NCBI RefSeq assembly: GCF_058153355.1
Contig: NZ_CM177019.1
Direction: 5' to 3' (one strand)
DNA: 64,000 bases
Made by a program: the position numbers and the translations under genes. The number at the start of each line of letters is the position of its first letter. Positions within the stretch are counted from its first letter, which is position 1. Below the pieces are notes generated by a model. The model did not search any database and was not told the DNA's origin. It saw only the letters and a program-made list of their open reading frames with translations. Of this stretch, positions 59,484 to 64,000 are shown one piece after another.

Positions 59484-60410
59484 ATGTTTTCACATTCTAA
59501 ATTCGATATTTTCGATAGGTTTGGAGTTATTGATCTGCGCCGTTTTATTACGCTTAAAACCGTGGTGGAAGAGGGTTCCTTTTTGCGAGCTTCGCAAAAA
59601 TTGTGTTGCACACAATCGACGGTGACTTTTCATATTCAACAGCTTGAACAGGAGTTCTCAGTACAATTGTTTGAGAAAATTGGCCGACGGATGTGCCTCA
59701 CTCGCGAAGGCAAAAAGTTGCTGCCGCACATCTATGAACTCACCAGAGTGATGGATACGCTTCGTGAGGCTGCCAAAAAAGAGTCTGATCCGGACGGAGA
59801 ACTGCGCGTTGTTTCAGGCGAAACGCTGCTCTCTTACCGAATGCCGCAGGTGTTGCAGCGTTTTCGGCAACGTGCACCAAAAGTGCGTTTATCACTGCAG
59901 TCGCTGAACTGTTACGTGATCCGTGATGCTCTACTGAATGATGAGGCCGACGTCGGTGTTTTTTATCGCGTAGGAAATGATGATGCTCTGAATCGACGAG
60001 AATTGGGTGAACAATCGCTGGTGCTGGTGGCTTCACCGCAAATTGCAGATGTCGATTTTACCCAGCCGGGAAGACATAACGCCTGTAGTTTTATTATCAA
60101 CGAACCGCAATGTGTCTTCCGGCAGATATTTGAGAGCACGCTGCGCCAGCGGCGGATCACGGTGGAAAATACCATTGAGCTTATAAGTATCGAAAGCATA
60201 AAGCGTTGTGTCGCGGCGAATATCGGAGTTAGCTATCTGCCGCGTTTTGCGGTGGCAAAAGAGTTGGAGTGCGGAGAATTAATCGAATTGCCTTTTGGCG
60301 AACAGTCGCAGACCATTACGGCAATGTGCGCTCACCATGCCGGGAAAGCGGTTAGCCCGGCGATGCACACTTTTATTCAGTGTGTTGAAGAGTGTTTTTT
60401 GCCGGGATAA
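59484..60410 (+). CDS. yfiE: LysR-family transcriptional regulator YfiE; start codon uncertain
   Basis: 308-aa ORF; N-terminal LysR HTH (RRFITLKTVVEEGSFLRASQKL). Confidence 0.75.
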   Translation: MFSHSKFDIFDRFGVIDLRRFITLKTVVEEGSFLRASQKLCCTQSTVTFHIQQLEQEFSVQLFEKIGRRMCLTREGKKLLPHIYELTRVMDTLREAAKKESDPDGELRVVSGETLLSYRMPQVLQRFRQRAPKVRLSLQSLNCYVIRDALLNDEADVGVFYRVGNDDALNRRELGEQSLVLVASPQIADVDFTQPGRHNACSFIINEPQCVFRQIFESTLRQRRITVENTIELISIESIKRCVAANIGVSYLPRFAVAKELECGELIELPFGEQSQTITAMCAHHAGKAVSPAMHTFIQCVEECFLPG

Positions 60411-60416
60411 AAATAA

Positions 60417-60615
60417 TGCCGGGCTTAAACCCGGCACCCAACTTGTCGACGAAGTGCGTTTTGTTCATGCCGGATGCGGCGTGAACGCCTTATCCGGCCT
60501 ACAAGATCGTGCAAATTCAATATATTGCATGAGCCATGTAGGCCTGATAAGCGTAGCGCATCAGGCAGTTTTGCGTTTGCCAGCACTTTTAATTCCGGGC
60601 TTAAACCCGGAATTA
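60417..60615. repeat. REP/BIME cluster between convergent yfiE and srmB
   Basis: gccggatgcggcgtgaacgccttatccggcctac and inverted partner gtaggcctgataagcgtagcgcatcaggc, flanked by gccgggcttaaacccggc hairpins. Confidence 0.5.
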
Positions 60616-60618
60616 AGA

Positions 60619-61953
60619 TCACTCTTCTGTCGTTTGCGGTGGCACGCCCGTTCCGCTTGGTTTACGGCGCTTACCAATATTTTTGGTATCGCGATGGCGT
60701 TTTTTCACCCGTGGCTTCTCTTTCTCTTTAGCCTTTTTCTTCTCGGCGCGTTTTGCCAGTACTTTCTTCGATGGCTTGCCGGTCTGCTTCTCACTTGGCG
60801 CACGCGTTTTCGGGCGTAACTCATCAATTACGCGAGCTTTAATTGGCTCTTCAATATAACGGCCTACTTTGCCCAGCAGCAGATGGTCATGAGCTTCAAC
60901 CAGTGAAATCGCGGTTCCCTTACGACCAGCGCGAGCAGTACGTCCGATACGGTGTAAATAAGTATCGCCACTGCGTGGCATATCGAAGTTAAAGACATGG
61001 CTGACATCCGGAATGTCGATACCGCGCGCGGCAACATCGGTGGCAACCAGTACGTTAACGCGACCTTCGGTCAGACGCTTGATCGCTTCGTTACGCTTGC
61101 CTTGTACCATCTCACCTTCGAGATAGCAGTTGTTGATGCCCGCTTCGCGCAGCCAGTTTGCCAGTTCATGCACACGCTCACGCTTACGCACAAATACAAT
61201 TGAGCGGGTCGCTTCCGGTTGTTTTAACAGATGCACCAGTAATGCGGTTTTATGCTCAAGATCATCAGCACGGTAATACCACTGATGAATCTTTTTGCGC
61301 TCACGGGTGGATGGATTCGCAGAAACTTCCACCGGATCTTCAAGCAGACGCTCGGCAAAATCCTGAATGGCATCGCCTTCAAGCGTTGCCGAGAAGAGCA
61401 GGGTCTGTTTACGCCAGCGCGTTTCGCCTGCAATATGTTCGATATCCTGAGCAAAACCCATATCCAGCATACGGTCTGCTTCGTCGAGGATCAGCGTTTC
61501 AACCGCGCGGCAATCGAAGTTCTCTTCTTTTATGTATTGCAGCAGACGTCCGGTCGTGGCAACCACGATATCCTGGTTTTCGCTGAATACTTCCGCGTGG
61601 TTCATATAGGCTACGCCGCCGGTGATGGTGGCGATATCCAGATGCGTATGTTTCGCCAGTTCGCGGGCATGATCGGCCACCTGCATCGCCAGTTCGCGAG
61701 TCGGGGTGAGGATCAAAATACGCGGCGGACCGGATTTCTTACGGGGGAAATCGAGCAGGTGCTGCAACGCTGGCAGCAGATACGCCGCCGTTTTACCGGT
61801 GCCTGTCGGCGCAGAACCGAGTACATCACGGCCATCGAGCGCAGGCGGAATGGCGGCAGCCTGAATGGCGGTCGGGCGAGTGAAACCTTTATCCTGGAGG
61901 GCTTCCAGCAGGCTTTCGTCGAGTTCAAGTTCGGAAAAAGTCGTTACAGTCAT
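60619..61953 (-). CDS. srmB: DEAD-box RNA helicase SrmB
   Basis: 444-aa ORF; [14 protein letters not shown] (LILDEADRM), SAT motifs. Confidence 0.93.
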   Translation of the reverse strand: MTVTTFSELELDESLLEALQDKGFTRPTAIQAAAIPPALDGRDVLGSAPTGTGKTAAYLLPALQHLLDFPRKKSGPPRILILTPTRELAMQVADHARELAKHTHLDIATITGGVAYMNHAEVFSENQDIVVATTGRLLQYIKEENFDCRAVETLILDEADRMLDMGFAQDIEHIAGETRWRKQTLLFSATLEGDAIQDFAERLLEDPVEVSANPSTRERKKIHQWYYRADDLEHKTALLVHLLKQPEATRSIVFVRKRERVHELANWLREAGINNCYLEGEMVQGKRNEAIKRLTEGRVNVLVATDVAARGIDIPDVSHVFNFDMPRSGDTYLHRIGRTARAGRKGTAISLVEAHDHLLLGKVGRYIEEPIKARVIDELRPKTRAPSEKQTGKPSKKVLAKRAEKKKAKEKEKPRVKKRHRDTKNIGKRRKPSGTGVPPQTTEE

Positions 61954-62084
61954 GTTCTACCTCTGTGTGGGGCGCTGATTATAGACGTTACGGCTGCAAT
62001 CTTCATCTGTTTGTATGGATATCGCTTCTCGGGTATTGTTCTCACCCGGTGCTATCGCCGTTTTTCCTGCAAGGTTTTATTTTC

Positions 62085-62822
62085 ATGTCACAGTCTACAT
62101 CCGTGCTTCGTCGTAATGGATTTACTTTTAAACAGTTTTTTGTTGCTCACGATCGCTGTGCGATGAAAGTGGGAACGGATGGCATTTTGCTGGGCGCATG
62201 GGCACCGGTGGCTGGGGTAAAACGTTGCCTTGATATCGGCGCGGGTAGCGGGTTGCTGGCATTAATGCTGGCGCAGCGAACCGATGACAGCGTGATGATT
62301 GATGCCGTTGAACTGGAAAGTGAAGCTGCGACTCAGGCGCAGGAAAATATCAACCAGTCCCCGTGGGCAGAGCGGATTAATATCTATCCGGCGGATATTC
62401 AGCAGTGGATCACACAGCAGACAGCACGCTTTGATTTAATCATCAGTAACCCGCCTTATTATCAGCAGGGCGTTGAGTGCGCTACGCCGCAGAGGGAACA
62501 GGCACGCTATACCACTACGCTTGATCATCAATCGTTGCTAACCTGCGCGGCGGAGTGCATTACTGAAGAGGGATTTTTTTGCGTGGTGTTGCCAGAGCAG
62601 ATTGGTAATGGTTTTACTGAACTGGCATTAAGAATGGGCTGGCATTTACGTTTACGGACGGATGTGGCGGAAAACGAAACGCGACAGCCGCATCGGGTGC
62701 TGCTGGCATTCTCCCCACAGGCGGGAGAATGCTATAGCGATCGCTTAGTGATTCGTGGGCCAGACCAGAACTATTCCGAAGCGTATACGGCGCTGACCCA
62801 GGCTTTTTATCTGTTTATGTAA
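62085..62822 (+). CDS. trmN6: tRNA (adenine37-N6)-methyltransferase TrmN6 (YfiC)
   Basis: 245-aa product from [17 protein letters not shown]...; NPPY motif. Confidence 0.82.
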   Translation: MSQSTSVLRRNGFTFKQFFVAHDRCAMKVGTDGILLGAWAPVAGVKRCLDIGAGSGLLALMLAQRTDDSVMIDAVELESEAATQAQENINQSPWAERINIYPADIQQWITQQTARFDLIISNPPYYQQGVECATPQREQARYTTTLDHQSLLTCAAECITEEGFFCVVLPEQIGNGFTELALRMGWHLRLRTDVAENETRQPHRVLLAFSPQAGECYSDRLVIRGPDQNYSEAYTALTQAFYLFM

Positions 62823-64000
62823 TGATTGCTGGGGGAAAGGAACGATGGACCGGAATGCGTGAGTAGCTGTGGGTAATCCAGCGTAAAATGCAGGCCACGG
62901 CTCTCTTTGCGCACCATCGCACAGCGAACAATCAACTCGGCAACCTGTACCAGATTACGCAGCTCCAGCAAATTATTTGATACGCGGAAATGGGCGTAAT
63001 ATTCGTCTATTTCCTGCTGAAGCATATTGATTCGCCGCAGGGCGCGTTCCAGACGTTTCGTTGTGCGCACAATGCCGACGTAATCCCACATAAACAGACG
63101 TAGCTCGTGCCAGTTATGTTGAATCACCACCAGTTCGTCAGGGTTCTCAACACGGCTTTCATCCCACGGCGGTAACGTACTGACGTCGTGGGCATAAGGC
63201 ATACGCCTGGTAATATCCTCCGCCGCCGACCAGCCGTAAACCAGACACTCCAGTAATGAATTCGAGGCCATGCGGTTAGCGCCGTGTAAGCCGGTATAAC
63301 TCACTTCGCCAATGGCGTACAAACCTTCGACGTCCGTACGCCCATGATCATCAACCATTACGCCACCGCAGGTATAGTGTGCAGCAGGCACAATCGGCAC
63401 CGGTTCTTTCGTGAGATCTATCCCCAGCCCGAGCAACTTTTCATAAATCATCGGGAAATGTTGACGAATAAAATCGGCGGGCTTATGGCTGATATCGAGG
63501 AACATACAATCTGCGCCGAGGCGTTTCATTTCGTGATCAATAGCACGAGCGACAATATCGCGCGGAGCCAGTTCGCCGCGCTCGTCAAAATCAGGCATGA
63601 AACGCGTGCCATCCGGTCGCTTGAGATAAGCGCCTTCGCCGCGCAGTGCTTCCGTTAACAGAAAATTGCGTGCCTGCGGATGATACAGCGCGGTAGGATG
63701 GAACTGATTAAATTCGAGATTGGCGACCCGGCAGCCCGCGCGCCACGCCATAGCAATACCATCGCCAGAAGAAATATCCGGATTGGTAGTGTACTGGTAA
63801 ACTTTTGACGCACCGCCGGTTGCCAGCACCACTGCTTTTGCGTGGCAGGTTTCCACCGTTTCTTTATTTCGGTTCCATACCCACGCGCCAACAACTCGTC
63901 GCGTGCCCGGCAGGCCAATTTTGTCAGAAACAATCAGATCAACCGCGTTGCTGCACTCCAGCACACGAATATTCGGATGGTTCTGCGCCTTGCTCACTAG
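62807..64000 (-). CDS. nadB: L-aspartate oxidase NadB, 3'-proximal ~397 codons; N-terminus lies beyond the window end
   Basis: C-terminal translation ...[27 protein letters not shown]; the ORF runs to the window end. Confidence 0.88.
   Translation of the reverse strand, partial: LVSKAQNHPNIRVLECSNAVDLIVSDKIGLPGTRRVVGAWVWNRNKETVETCHAKAVVLATGGASKVYQYTTNPDISSGDGIAMAWRAGCRVANLEFNQFHPTALYHPQARNFLLTEALRGEGAYLKRPDGTRFMPDFDERGELAPRDIVARAIDHEMKRLGADCMFLDISHKPADFIRQHFPMIYEKLLGLGIDLTKEPVPIVPAAHYTCGGVMVDDHGRTDVEGLYAIGEVSYTGLHGANRMASNSLLECLVYGWSAAEDITRRMPYAHDVSTLPPWDESRVENPDELVVIQHNWHELRLFMWDYVGIVRTTKRLERALRRINMLQQEIDEYYAHFRVSNNLLELRNLVQVAELIVRCAMVRKESRGLHFTLDYPQLLTHSGPSFLSPSNHYINR

Overview
Enterobacterial (Escherichia coli-type) chromosome, in two parts. 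Positions ~1-16800 are the integrase-proximal part of an AT-rich genomic island inserted at the 3' end of ssrA (tmRNA). Positions 16800-64000 are conserved core genome, colinear with the E. coli K-12 smpB-nadB interval, including a complete rrn operon with a tRNA-Glu spacer (rrnG-type).

The island is where the candidate novel biology sits:
- a 1283-aa single-gene STAND-type NTPase with an Mrr-like nuclease head (Avs-like antiphage candidate), followed by two small orphan genes;
- a NERD-like nuclease / SF1 helicase gene that appears split by a -1 frameshift, tightly coupled to a 223-aa partner gene;
- a CP4-57-like regulatory module (AlpA, YfjP-like GTPase, WYL-domain regulator) and several AT-rich orphan ORFs;
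- an IS66-family element at the window edge and a G10 homopolymer.

In the core, there is a complete IS4 (1426 bp) between ratB and bamE and an 809-bp internally deleted IS4 derivative between bamD and raiA. Both sit in palindromic terminator-like sequence and both have target-site duplications. yfiM carries an in-frame amber codon.

All calls come from reading the sequence and ORF translations and from recall of known protein families. No database search was run, so family assignments for island genes are inferences. No CRISPR array was seen.
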